This document shows, in pieces, positions 1 through 8,598 of a stretch of DNA of 44,875 nucleotides. The stretch's first letter is position 1; the number at the start of each line of letters is the position of its first letter. The stretch is from a virus. Taxonomy: Duplodnaviria; Caudoviricetes. The translations under genes and the position numbers were made by a program. Where the stretch lies: positions 1 through 44,875 of IMG/VR virus record IMGVR_UViG_3300031949_000072; one strand, 5' to 3'. The notes under the pieces were generated by a model that did no database searches, was not told the DNA's origin, and saw nothing but the letters and a program-made list of their open reading frames with translations.

Positions 1-127
1 TCCTCGGCACACTCGCGACAGTCCATGCAGTCGTCGAAGTGCGCTAGCGCCTGCTGCGCGACCGCGAGCTGCGCCTCCAGCTCGACGATGCGTGCGGCCT
101 GCCGCTGCACGAGCGTCGGCGTCACGC
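1..127. repeat. Terminal direct repeat, copy 1 (assembly circularisation overlap)
   Basis: 1-127 is identical to 44749-44875. 127 is a common assembler k-mer length, and an ORF reads through the junction. Confidence 0.93.
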
Positions 128-197
128 CGGGGAGGTGCTCTTGGGTATAGCGGCTCGCGCCGGGACCCGCGCCACCCTTGTTCGCTGCGTCGCTCAT
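1..197 (-). CDS. Hypothetical protein, 5' part; crosses the circular junction and ends at 44673 (MSDAANKGG...VTPTLVQRQAARIVELEAQL...CMDCREC)
   Basis: ATG at 197 overlaps the stop of 194..424 (ATGA). The frame is continuous with ORF 44673..44873. Short coiled coil plus a Cys cluster. Confidence 0.7.
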   Translation of the reverse strand, partial: MSDAANKGGAGPGASRYTQEHLPGVTPTLVQRQAARIVELEAQLAVAQQALAHFDDCMDCRECAE

Positions 198-424
198 TTC
201 CAAAGAACCCCCGTTCCTCCGCATGCCGGGCACGCCACCCGATCGGGCGCCGACGTGCTCTGCGCCGGCTGCCACACGTCTCGCGCACCCCAGCCGTCGC
301 AGCAGGGACAGCGCAGCGGCGCGCCAACCTCGGTCGTCGTGCGATTGCACCGGTGCGAGTAGAGCGGGGGCACGGTGACACCACAGTTCTCGCATCGCTG
401 GCCGCCTGTCGTCGGTTCGCTCAT
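194..424 (-). CDS. Small zinc-finger protein (CxxC pairs, CxxCxGxG DnaJ-like knuckles)
   Basis: CENC, CPCCDGWG and CPACGGTG motifs; AGGAG upstream. Confidence 0.7.
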   Translation of the reverse strand: MSEPTTGGQRCENCGVTVPPLYSHRCNRTTTEVGAPLRCPCCDGWGARDVWQPAQSTSAPDRVACPACGGTGVLWK

Positions 425-442
425 CGTCTCTCCTCGAAGGCA

Positions 443-835
443 CTACACCGCTTCGCTCGTCCCGTCCCCGGCCCCGGCCCCGGACCCGTACCCGTACCCG
501 GCCCCGTCCCCGTACCCGTCCCCGTACCCGTCCCCGTACCCGTCCCCGGACCCGGCCCCGGCCCCGGACCCGTACCCGTCCCCGTACCCGGACCCGGACC
601 CGTCCCCGTACCCGGACCCGGACCCGGACAACGTTGCGAGCGACGGCAGGTTGTCCCCACGGCCGAGCACCGCGGCAACGATTGACCGCGCCATGTCCGG
701 CATCCTCTGCTCCACCCAGAGGAGATCACTCCACTTGACCTCTTTCAGCGGTTGCCCGGCGCGGTACTTCGCGAGCGACGAGCCACAGGCACCCGCCGCC
801 CGCGCGGCGTCGAGATGAGCCTGCGTCAACTCCAC
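443..835 (-). CDS. Gly-rich (G-[SYDA])28 repeat protein
   Basis: N-terminal globular part with a GAC motif, then 28 X-Gly units; overlaps the stop of the upstream gene. Confidence 0.8.
   Translation of the reverse strand: MELTQAHLDAARAAGACGSSLAKYRAGQPLKEVKWSDLLWVEQRMPDMARSIVAAVLGRGDNLPSLATLSGSGSGYGDGSGSGYGDGYGSGAGAGSGDGYGDGYGDGYGDGAGYGYGSGAGAGDGTSEAV
461..628. repeat. 28 x 6-bp tandem repeat CCCG(TC/GC/GA/TA)
   Basis: Units counted directly. On the coding strand every unit is a KMC codon followed by GGG. Confidence 0.95.
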
Positions 836-1098
836 GGCCCCGCCTCCATCGCAGCGATTGCGGCCGGCGTGCAGTCCGTGACCGAGGTCACGCCAGCCAG
901 CTCCAGCCGGGGCACGGCCGGCCCGACGCGCGAGCCGGGTGCCGGCCCGGTCGCCGCGAGGCCGAGAAATCCCTTGGTCGCTGCCGACCAGTAGACGATG
1001 TTCCGCGCCTCGATCAGTGTTGCCTTGTCGCCGTCCTGCGAATCGAGCGTGCCGAAGAACACGCCGCGATGCAATGTCGTAACCAGAACCTTACGCAT
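826..1098 (-). CDS. DUF6948-like phage protein
   Basis: RGVFFGTL...ATLIEARNIVYW...GLAATG pattern recalled from this family; GAGGAGG RBS; adjacent to a Gly-rich gene. Confidence 0.7.
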   Translation of the reverse strand: MRKVLVTTLHRGVFFGTLDSQDGDKATLIEARNIVYWSAATKGFLGLAATGPAPGSRVGPAVPRLELAGVTSVTDCTPAAIAAMEAGPWS

Positions 1099-1126
1099 GT
1101 TTCGTTTCCTCCTCGTTTCGTGTGAA

Positions 1127-1321
1127 GGGGCGGGCCGCTCTCGCCCGCGTTGCCTCGTGGCACCATCGTCCTGGAACCAACACGCAAGCCACGCTGCACC
1201 CGCCCCGATCTGATTGAGCCGGCCGGCGCGTGTCCGTTGCCAGCGGCTGGCCGTGTCACAGCCGTTTGGACTCTGGCAGCGGCCGACGTCCCGTGCACGG
1301 GATCTCTCCGGCCGGATTCAA
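1127..1321 (-). ncRNA. Candidate structured intergenic RNA (two stem-loop domains)
   Basis: GGGGCGGG(1127)/CCCGCCCC(1206) with inner CGTGGC/GCCACG. TTGA..CCGGCCGG(1214)/CCGGCCGG..TCAA(1321) with inner TGCCAG/CTGGCA and TCCCGTGCACGGGA. Confidence 0.35.
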
Positions 1322-1325
1322 CAAT

Positions 1326-2684
1326 TTACCGCGCAGCTGCCTGCTGTGCCTTCGACGGCTCCGGATCGAGCGGCAACTGGGCGCGGTCGATCCCGAGATC
1401 CAGCGTCGGCGCCTTGCCCAGCGCCTCGTCGAGATCCGCGTCCGGGTCGGATGTCGCCGGCACGGCGTCGGCTGCCAGGATCTTCCGCAGATCCTCGACC
1501 GCCGCATTCGGCGCGACCAGCTTGCCCCTCTCGTCCACGCCGGCCCCGAGCGCCGAGTCCAGTAGCTCGCGCGGGCACTTCTCCAGGAGCACCTGCAGCT
1601 TCCGGAGCCCATCGCTCACCGGCTCGAGGTGCAGGTGCTCGATCTTCCCCCAGACGCGGGTCCCGAACGCGGCCTCGATCAGCGCTCCCTTCGCCATCTT
1701 GTCGCTGGTCGTCGAGCCGGGGAAGTGCTTCGAGACGAGCTCCTTGACCTCCTCCAGCCGAAGATCACGCTGCTCGCGGAGCCGGTACACCGCATCGCCA
1801 GCCGGGTCATCGAACATCTGCGCGGTGCTCGACCCATGCGAGATACCCGTATGCCCGCCGCCCAGATTGAGCCGGTCCACGTGCCGGCCGAAGAACGCCA
1901 TCGGCGCGTTCTCCGCGATCAACCGCAGGAGATCCGGCTTGCCGTCCTTCGTGCGCGGCGTCTCGAACTCGGCGGACAGGCCGTCGATCTCCATGAACCG
2001 ATCCTTGACCACGAATGCCCGGCGCAAGTACTGGCCCGGCGACTCCTTGTCGGTCGCCCGCCCGCGCTCGTCCTCGATCCGCAGCTCCTTGGTCAGCTCG
2101 ACCAGCAACGACGGCTCGTAGCCTGTCTCGCCCTCGGTCGCCATCTTGGTGCCGACCACGATGCTCTTGCGTTCGCCTTCCCGCTTATCCTCGATGTCCT
2201 CGAACACGTTCGCCGACCGCCCGCACATGATGATATGCAGCGGGCTGTTGACGTAGGGCAGCGCCCAGCCCTCGCGCCACTCGGTCTTCAGGATGTCCCA
2301 GGCGTAGATGGGCAGCGACCGGCCCTTGATCCCCTTGGATTCCTTGAACCCATTGACCAGAGTGCGCCACGGGTGGGTGATCGAATCGACGACCAGGACC
2401 TTGAACCCGCTCTTCGGCTCCGAGGCCTCGCGGATGCCGGCTGCCAGGTCGCGGAAGCTCTGAGTCGCAGCCGACTCGACCGGCACCTTCGCCAGAGCGA
2501 AGAGGCTGGACACGTAGCCGAATCCGCCTTCCGTGTCGAAGTAGGCGACCTTCCCTCCGCCCAGCTTGCGGATGAGGCCGATGGCGAGCAGCGCCGAGGT
2601 CACGGACTTCCCCGTGCCGTTGACGCCGTAGAACCCGCCCTTGAAATACGCCACGCCGTCGATCGGCGCCTTGAAGATTGCCAT
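1326..2684 (-). CDS. AAA_24-family ATPase (Sak4-like single-strand annealing/recombination protein)
   Basis: Walker A GVNGTGKS, YFDTEGG, Walker B VLVVDSITH; acidic tail. Confidence 0.75.
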   Translation of the reverse strand: MAIFKAPIDGVAYFKGGFYGVNGTGKSVTSALLAIGLIRKLGGGKVAYFDTEGGFGYVSSLFALAKVPVESAATQSFRDLAAGIREASEPKSGFKVLVVDSITHPWRTLVNGFKESKGIKGRSLPIYAWDILKTEWREGWALPYVNSPLHIIMCGRSANVFEDIEDKREGERKSIVVGTKMATEGETGYEPSLLVELTKELRIEDERGRATDKESPGQYLRRAFVVKDRFMEIDGLSAEFETPRTKDGKPDLLRLIAENAPMAFFGRHVDRLNLGGGHTGISHGSSTAQMFDDPAGDAVYRLREQRDLRLEEVKELVSKHFPGSTTSDKMAKGALIEAAFGTRVWGKIEHLHLEPVSDGLRKLQVLLEKCPRELLDSALGAGVDERGKLVAPNAAVEDLRKILAADAVPATSDPDADLDEALGKAPTLDLGIDRAQLPLDPEPSKAQQAAAR

Positions 2685-2700
2685 CGCGTTTCCTCCACCC

Positions 2701-2901
2701 TTAGTTCTTCAGCGGCCCGCGCCGCAGCTCCTCCAGGCTCACGCGCAACGCTCGGGCCAGCGCCCGGATCGTGCTCGGCTGCGGTTCGACCACTCCCCGC
2801 TCGATGTCCGAGACGGTCGGCCGCCGCACCCCCGCCCGAGTCGCCAGCGCCGCTTGTGACAAGGCCCTGGCGTTGCGCCATTTTCGCACTTTGTATCCCA
2901 T
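2701..2901 (-). CDS. XRE/Cro-family HTH transcriptional regulator
   Basis: RNARALSQAALATRAGVRRPTVSDIERG...P...TIRALARALRV is a textbook HTH_3. The start could instead be 2955. Confidence 0.9.
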   Translation of the reverse strand: MGYKVRKWRNARALSQAALATRAGVRRPTVSDIERGVVEPQPSTIRALARALRVSLEELRRGPLKN

Positions 2902-2965
2902 CGGTTCCCCGATCCACCTCCTCGCGGTCAGAACCGTACGCTTATCGGACGCCAACGGTCAACGA

Positions 2966-3199
2966 TCAGTCCGCATACGGTACGTCATCGAATGACGGGA
3001 AGAGCACTCGCGCGATCTCTTCGCTGAGCTTCGTCCCGTGCAACAGGACTGCGTACTGCTCGACGCGGTGATCCTCACCGGGCACCGCGTCGATGTAGGC
3101 GGTCCACGTGCCTTCGGCGCGGGTCGTCGCGACGGCCAGCACGCGGGTGGCGAGCGCGTGTCGCCGGACGCGCGGCGCGAATTCGCCTTGTTCGGTCAT
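2966..3199 (-). CDS. Hypothetical protein
   Basis: ATG 3199 in an ATGA overlap; GGAGG RBS. Confidence 0.7.
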   Translation of the reverse strand: MTEQGEFAPRVRRHALATRVLAVATTRAEGTWTAYIDAVPGEDHRVEQYAVLLHGTKLSEEIARVLFPSFDDVPYAD

Positions 3200-3411
3200 C
3201 GAGTGCCCTCCGCGTAATTGATGCCGCGCTCGCCGCGGTCCCAAGCTTCCAGCCCGAGCGCCCAGACGTCCGCCATCTCCGCGACCCGCAGCATGCGCCG
3301 GTCGCCATCCGCGGTGATCCGGTCCACCAGATTCTCGAACGCCTCATCCTCCGGCGTGCAGCCGGGAAGCATGCCGGTCGTAACCCCCGGCGGAAGGTTG
3401 AATCCGCTCAT
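3196..3411 (-). CDS. Hypothetical protein (MSGFNLPPGVT...LPG N-terminus)
   Basis: ATGA-coupled to the upstream gene; GGAGG RBS. Confidence 0.7.
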   Translation of the reverse strand: MSGFNLPPGVTTGMLPGCTPEDEAFENLVDRITADGDRRMLRVAEMADVWALGLEAWDRGERGINYAEGTR

Positions 3412-3698
3412 GCGCCAGCACCTCCGACCCACGACCCGCCGAGAATGTCCTCGTGCCGCCCCGCGTGTCCAGCACGGAGGATGCACACGGACTCGCGGTC
3501 GCTGCGCCAGACGTGGCAAGACTCCTCACGCTTCAACATCGCCTTTGCCGCGCGCACCCATGGCGAGCGGTTGAGCTGGAAGGTGCGAGCGCAATGCGGG
3601 CAGCCCGCCGTCTTGCGGAGCGCGGAGACGGCCGGCCAGAAGGGCAAGCCGCACCCTCCGCACTTGACCATGGGATTCCGCACGTTGGTCGTCGCCAT
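3408..3698 (-). CDS. Zinc-ribbon protein, first gene of the leftward operon
   Basis: CGGC, CPHC, C..C...GHAGRH; GAGGAGG RBS. Confidence 0.7.
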   Translation of the reverse strand: MATTNVRNPMVKCGGCGLPFWPAVSALRKTAGCPHCARTFQLNRSPWVRAAKAMLKREESCHVWRSDRESVCILRAGHAGRHEDILGGSWVGGAGA

Positions 3699-3752
3699 TT
3701 CCGTCCTCCTCGTTTCCGGATCCTCGGCCGGGGCGGGTCCCGCGGCGCAATC

Positions 3753-3784
3753 GGAATGTACGATAGGTGTACGGTGTGGGTCAA
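3753..3784 (-). promoter_or_regulatory. Leftward sigma70-like promoter TTGACC-N18-TACATT
   Basis: Reverse complement reads ttgacccacaccgtacacctatcgtacattcc. Confidence 0.75.
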
Positions 3785-3823
3785 GGAGAAAAGTTGCGGC
3801 CGGCGGCCAGCCGCTCCCGGCGT

Positions 3824-3839
3824 GTGGCAATTTTGCCAC
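3824..3839. promoter_or_regulatory. Palindromic operator-like site GTGGCAA-TT-TTGCCAC
   Basis: 7-bp inverted repeat located midway between the divergent promoters. Confidence 0.55.
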
Positions 3840-3875
3840 GCCCACACCCCGGCGGCCTGCCTCTCAGATTTCCGG

Positions 3876-3907
3876 TTGACACGCGCCGTACACCTATCGT
3901 ACATTCC
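3876..3907 (+). promoter_or_regulatory. Rightward sigma70-like promoter TTGACA-N18-TACATT
   Basis: ttgacacgcgccgtacacctatcgtacattcc, about 50 bp upstream of the SNF2 gene. Confidence 0.8.
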
Positions 3908-3954
3908 CGTGTGCCGGCCCCGCGGCCGGCGGAGCAGAACGGAGAGACGCACGA

Positions 3955-5910
3955 ATGACGATCCGCCTTACGACACACGCGGCCGGCGCGCTCGTCGCGC
4001 CCGCCGCCTACCTCGGGCAGCGGTTCGACGCCTACCGAACCGCATGCCAGGCGGCCGGCGCCCGCTACTCGAAGGACGACAAGGGCAACATCCTGAAGCT
4101 CGACGCCATCCCGGTCGCCGTGCGCCACCTCGAAGCGGCCGGCTTCGCCGTAGATGTGGACGACGCGCTGCGCGCGGCGCTCGATGCGCGCGCTACCGTG
4201 ATCGAGACGGACGTGGAAGAGGCGCTGGCCCGCGCCGAGCGCATCGACGCTGAGCTGCGCTCCCGCGGGCTGGCCCTCTTCCCGTTCCAGCGGCTTGGCG
4301 TCGGCTGGCTGGCGCCGCGCATCGGCGCCGGGCTCTTCGACGAGATGGGGCTGGGAAAGACGGTGCAGGCGTTGACCGCGGCGCCCGCCGCCGCACCTAT
4401 TCTGGTCGTGGCGCCGGCCGTCGCCAAAGGCACGTGGGTCGCGGAGGCCGCGCGTTGGCGGCCAGACCTCCGGCCGACGATCCTCCGCGGCCGTGACTCA
4501 TTCCGCTGGCCCGAGGCCGGCGAGATGGTCGTGACTAACTACGACATCCTCCCGAATCAGGCGGCCGGCGATCCGCTGCCCGGCACGGTGCTCATCGCCG
4601 ACGAGGCGCATGCGCTCAAGAATCCACGAGCCCTCCGCACGGTGCGGTTCCGTGCTCTCTCCAGGAGTGTCCGTGCCGCCAGCGGCCGAGTCTGGTTGCT
4701 GACGGGCACTCCGCTCCTCGGCAAGCCCGACGAGCTGTGGCATGTGCTGATGGCCGCGGACCTGGCGACCGAGGCCTTCGGCACATGGTCCCGATTCTGC
4801 GAGCTGGTCGGAGGGTACAAAGGGCGGTTCGGGATGGTCTGGAGCGGCAAGATCTCGCCCGACGTCCCGGAGCTCCTGCGCCGCGTGTCACTCCAGCGCC
4901 GGCGGGTCGATGTGCTACCCGATCTCCCGACGAAGATCTACCGGACGATCGAGGTCGAGTGCGTGGACGACGCGCTCCGCAAGCTCTGCGACGAGGTGCT
5001 GGCGACGCTCCGCGCCTATTGCGACGCGCGCGGGATCTCGCTGGAGGCGGCCATCGAGGAGGTCATGGAGACGAAGGGCGGCGGGGTGACCTTCGACCAG
5101 ATGTCGCGGGTCCGCCACCGCCTCGCCATCGCCAAGATCCCGGCGCTCATCGCGCTGGTCGAGGAACGCGAAGAGGCTGGCGTGCCGTGCGTCGTGTTCA
5201 GCAGGCACCGGGCGCCGGTCGAAGCGCTGCAGACGCGCGGCGGCTGGGGCATCTTGACCGGCGATCAGACGGGGGACGAGCGGACGAGCACGGTGGCGGC
5301 GTTTCAGGCTGGCAAATTGCGCGGTATTGCCGCGACGATCCAGGCCGGCGGCGTCGCCATCACGCTGACCCACGCGAACGAGGTCCTTTTCGTCGATCTC
5401 GACTGGACGCCGGCGCTCAATCAACAGGCGGAAGATCGTGTGTGCCGCATCGGCCAGACGCGAGGCGTGATCGTGACGCGCATCCAGGCGGACCACGAGC
5501 TGGACGCGCACGTCAACCGGATCCTGGACCGCAAGCAGCAGTTGATCTCGGCGACGGTCGAGGCGAGTGCGGTCCTGGCGCCGGCGCCGAGCGAGGACCA
5601 CGTGCGGGCTTTGCGCGAGGCGGCTGGCCGGAGCGCTGCCCCCGAGCCGGAGCCCGCACGCCCCGCTCGCCGCGGCCCAGGGAGTCCGGTCGAGGAATGG
5701 GCGGCCAGCGCGCTCCGCACGCTGGCATGTCTCGACCCGGATCATGCTGGCGTGGTCAACGATGTCGGATTCAACCGGATGGACGGCGTGATCGGCCACT
5801 CGCTCGCCGAGCAACTCGACCGCGGGCTGACCGAGAAGCAATGGCCGCTCGCTGTGCGCATCGCGATGCATTATCCGCGGCAAGTAGGCAGACAGGAGGT
5901 CGAGTCGTGA
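3955..5910 (+). CDS. SNF2-family helicase/translocase
   Basis: DEMGLGKT, DEAH, TGTP, QAEDRVCRIGQ; C-terminal DxxGFN...GHSLA...LTEKQ domain. Confidence 0.92.
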   Translation: MTIRLTTHAAGALVAPAAYLGQRFDAYRTACQAAGARYSKDDKGNILKLDAIPVAVRHLEAAGFAVDVDDALRAALDARATVIETDVEEALARAERIDAELRSRGLALFPFQRLGVGWLAPRIGAGLFDEMGLGKTVQALTAAPAAAPILVVAPAVAKGTWVAEAARWRPDLRPTILRGRDSFRWPEAGEMVVTNYDILPNQAAGDPLPGTVLIADEAHALKNPRALRTVRFRALSRSVRAASGRVWLLTGTPLLGKPDELWHVLMAADLATEAFGTWSRFCELVGGYKGRFGMVWSGKISPDVPELLRRVSLQRRRVDVLPDLPTKIYRTIEVECVDDALRKLCDEVLATLRAYCDARGISLEAAIEEVMETKGGGVTFDQMSRVRHRLAIAKIPALIALVEEREEAGVPCVVFSRHRAPVEALQTRGGWGILTGDQTGDERTSTVAAFQAGKLRGIAATIQAGGVAITLTHANEVLFVDLDWTPALNQQAEDRVCRIGQTRGVIVTRIQADHELDAHVNRILDRKQQLISATVEASAVLAPAPSEDHVRALREAAGRSAAPEPEPARPARRGPGSPVEEWAASALRTLACLDPDHAGVVNDVGFNRMDGVIGHSLAEQLDRGLTEKQWPLAVRIAMHYPRQVGRQEVES

Positions 5911-8102
5911 CCTACGGCGACTTCCTGGCGGCGAAGGCCATCGTGGATTGCCCGACCGGATTGCCGGAGATCCAACCATTGACTACCGCGCTTTTCGATT
6001 TTCAGCGCGACATCGTTGCATGGGCTTTGAGACGGGGACGCGCCGCGATCTTCGCCGATTGTGGTCTGGGCAAGACGCCGATGCAACTGGAATGGGCGCG
6101 ACACATTCCGGGCCGAGTGTTGATCCTGGCACCCCTCGCAGTCTCCGCGCAAACCGTTCGCGAAGCAACCAAGTTCGGGATCGACGGAGTTGCGGCTTGC
6201 CGGCGCGACGACGGTGCACGGATCGCCGTCACGAATTACGAGATGATGCATCATTTCGACGCCGCGGACTTTGCCGGCGTTGTGCTGGACGAGTCCAGCA
6301 TTCTCAAGAGCTACGACGGCGCCTTCCGGAGCGCCGTGATTGAGAAGTTCTCGAAGACGCCATTTCGCCTCGCCTGCACCGCGACTCCAGCGCCGAACGA
6401 TCACGCCGAGCTTGCCAACCACGCGGAATTCCTTGGCGTTATGTCGCGAATCGAAATGTTGGCCACGTTCTTCGTGCACGATGGCGGGGAGACTTCGATC
6501 TGGCGTCTCAAACGCCATGGACAATCGGACTTCTGGAGATGGATGTGCTCGTGGGCCACCTTGCTCCGCAAGCCATCGGACCTCGGCTATGAAGACGATG
6601 GATTCGTTTTGCCAGCACTGCGCATACACCACACGATCGTTGAATCGCCAACTGCGGAAGGACTCCTATTCCCAGTCGAAGCACTCAGCCTCCAGGAGCG
6701 GCTGGCGGCCAGGCGTGCGAGCATCGATAGCCGAGTTGCGGCAGCCGCAGCCATTGCCAACGCAGCGCGCGGACAAGTCCTTGTCTGGTGCAATCTCAAT
6801 GCGGAGTCCGAAGCCCTGGCGGCGGCCATCGACGGGGCAGTTGAAGTGCGCGGCTCGGACAGTCCTGAGCACAAAGAAACGGCAATGCTCCGCTTCTCGG
6901 CTGGAGATATCCGCGCGCTGGTTACGAAGCCCAGCATAGCCGGATTCGGAATGAACTGGCAGCAATGCTCCACTGTCGCATTCGTCGGTCTCTCCGATTC
7001 CTATGAGCAATACTATCAAGCAGTGCGGAGATGCTGGCGGTTCGGACAGGCAAATCCGGTTGACGTTCACGTCGTTACTGCGGAAGCGGAAGGAGCAGTC
7101 GTTGCGAACATTGAGCGCAAGGAACGAGACGCGGAGAGAATGGCTAGCAACATGGTTGAGCACATGAAGGACCTCAATCGTGCTGCCATCCATGGTGCAG
7201 AGCCAGTCCGGAAGGACGAGTACAGAACGGCGCTTGCTTCCGGAGCCGACTGGGATTGTCGGCTTGGGGATGCAGTTGAGGAAGTGGCTTGCATGGATAC
7301 CGGAAGCGTGCACTACACGATCTATTCGCCCCCGTTCGCCAGCCTCTACACCTATTCGGCCAGCGATCGGGACATGGGGAATTGCCGCGACGTAGGCGAA
7401 TTCCTGGAGCATTACAAGTTTCTCGTGCGGGAACTGCTGCGCGTCACGATGCCCGGCCGGCTGCTCAGCTTCCATTGCATGAATCTGCCGATCTCCAAGG
7501 AGCGGGAGGGGTTCATCGGCTTGCGCGATTTTCGCGGCGACCTCATCCGCGTGCACCTAGAAGCCGGCTGGATCTATCACTCCGAAGTCTGCATCTGGAA
7601 GGACCCGGTAACCGCAATGCAGCGAACCAAGGCCCTCGGACTTCTGCACAAGCAGATCAAGAAGGATTCGTGCATGTCGCGTCAGGGCATCGCAGACTAC
7701 CTGGTAACGATGCGTGCTCCCGGAGAGAACCCAGAACGCGTGGCACACTCAGGCGAACAATTCCCAGTCCAGCTGTGGCAGCAGTACGCATCGCCAGTCT
7801 GGATGGACATCAATCCGAGCGACACTCTGCAGCGCAAGAGCGCCAAGGAGGCGATGGACGAGCGACACATCGCGCCGCTACAGCTCGAGGTGATTCGCCG
7901 CGCCATCTTCCTGTGGTCGGCCGTCGGCGACCTGGTGCTGTCGCCATTCGCCGGCATCGGATCGGAGGGTGTAGTGGCGGTTGGCATGGGTCGGCGATTC
8001 CTGGGGATCGAACTCAAGGCATCGTATTGGAAACAGGCGTGCGCGAACCTCGCCAACGCTCAGAGATCGGGCGGATTGTTCGATTCGGAGGTGAACACGT
8101 GA
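5907..8102 (+). CDS. SNF2-like helicase fused to an N4-C/N6-A DNA methyltransferase (beta arrangement)
   Basis: GTG 5907 in a GTGA overlap with AGGAGG RBS. Helicase: ADCGLGKT, DESS, TATP, QAVRRCWRFGQ. MTase: SPPF catalytic motif, then the SPFAGIGSE SAM-binding motif. Confidence 0.9.
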   Translation: MTYGDFLAAKAIVDCPTGLPEIQPLTTALFDFQRDIVAWALRRGRAAIFADCGLGKTPMQLEWARHIPGRVLILAPLAVSAQTVREATKFGIDGVAACRRDDGARIAVTNYEMMHHFDAADFAGVVLDESSILKSYDGAFRSAVIEKFSKTPFRLACTATPAPNDHAELANHAEFLGVMSRIEMLATFFVHDGGETSIWRLKRHGQSDFWRWMCSWATLLRKPSDLGYEDDGFVLPALRIHHTIVESPTAEGLLFPVEALSLQERLAARRASIDSRVAAAAAIANAARGQVLVWCNLNAESEALAAAIDGAVEVRGSDSPEHKETAMLRFSAGDIRALVTKPSIAGFGMNWQQCSTVAFVGLSDSYEQYYQAVRRCWRFGQANPVDVHVVTAEAEGAVVANIERKERDAERMASNMVEHMKDLNRAAIHGAEPVRKDEYRTALASGADWDCRLGDAVEEVACMDTGSVHYTIYSPPFASLYTYSASDRDMGNCRDVGEFLEHYKFLVRELLRVTMPGRLLSFHCMNLPISKEREGFIGLRDFRGDLIRVHLEAGWIYHSEVCIWKDPVTAMQRTKALGLLHKQIKKDSCMSRQGIADYLVTMRAPGENPERVAHSGEQFPVQLWQQYASPVWMDINPSDTLQRKSAKEAMDERHIAPLQLEVIRRAIFLWSAVGDLVLSPFAGIGSEGVVAVGMGRRFLGIELKASYWKQACANLANAQRSGGLFDSEVNT

Positions 8103-8314
8103 CGATCCGGAGATGCAACCGTCCCGACTGCGACCGGCCGGCGCGTGTCGAAGATGATGGCGGTCGCGCGTGGTGCGCCCTGGACGAGCCGGTCAGCCAC
8201 GCGGTCGCCGAACTCCGGTTCGCGGTCATGTCGCTGAACGAGCAGGTCCGCGCGATGCGCGACGAGATCCACTCGATCAAAGCCAGCGTCGATTACATGC
8301 GGATGAGGAGCTGA
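8099..8314 (+). CDS. Hypothetical protein (Cys cluster plus coiled coil)
   Basis: GTGA overlap; GGAGG RBS. Confidence 0.65.
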   Translation: MTIRRCNRPDCDRPARVEDDGGRAWCALDEPVSHAVAELRFAVMSLNEQVRAMRDEIHSIKASVDYMRMRS

Positions 8315-8316
8315 GC

Positions 8317-8598
8317 ATGGACCGCGAGATGCAGTGGCAAGCGCTTCTCCGCCTGCAACAGCGGATCGAGGCGCCCGAGGAGATCCGAGGATCGGCGAGC
8401 TGGTCGTGGCGGAACGGGGCGAGCGTCGAGGACGTCTATCGCATCCTCGGCGCTGCCGCCCCAGCCCGCTGCTCATCGTGCAAGGCGCTCGTCTGGTGGT
8501 TCACACACGCCAACCGCAAGCGCTGCCCGTACGACGAGACGGGCGAGACGCATTTCGTCGGCTGCCCGGACGCCGCGAAGTTCCGCCGCGATCGCTAG
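8317..8598 (+). CDS. Hypothetical zinc-binding protein (CSSC...HFVGC)
   Basis: GAGGAG RBS; CxxC...HF.xCP pattern common in small phage proteins. Confidence 0.7.
   Translation: MDREMQWQALLRLQQRIEAPEEIRGSASWSWRNGASVEDVYRILGAAAPARCSSCKALVWWFTHANRKRCPYDETGETHFVGCPDAAKFRRDR

Noticed and set aside
1-127. Biological direct terminal repeat
   Set aside because: The length equals a typical assembly k-mer and it falls in mid-gene.
461-628. DGR variable region (NNC codons resemble mutated AAC)
   Set aside because: No reverse transcriptase or template repeat seen, and the variable positions take only two states each.
92-818. Plus-strand PVPGPG / PYPSPD repeat ORFs
   Set aside because: Alternative readings of the 6-bp repeat. 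The minus-strand gene fits operon direction and coupling.
3753-3907. Invertible phase-variation switch
   Set aside because: No invertase seen, and inversion would leave two nearly equivalent promoters.
4737-5906. N-terminal extension of the 1121-aa ORF 4737..8102
   Set aside because: Arg/Gly-rich off-frame shadow of the SNF2 gene. The real start is GTG 5907 with an RBS.
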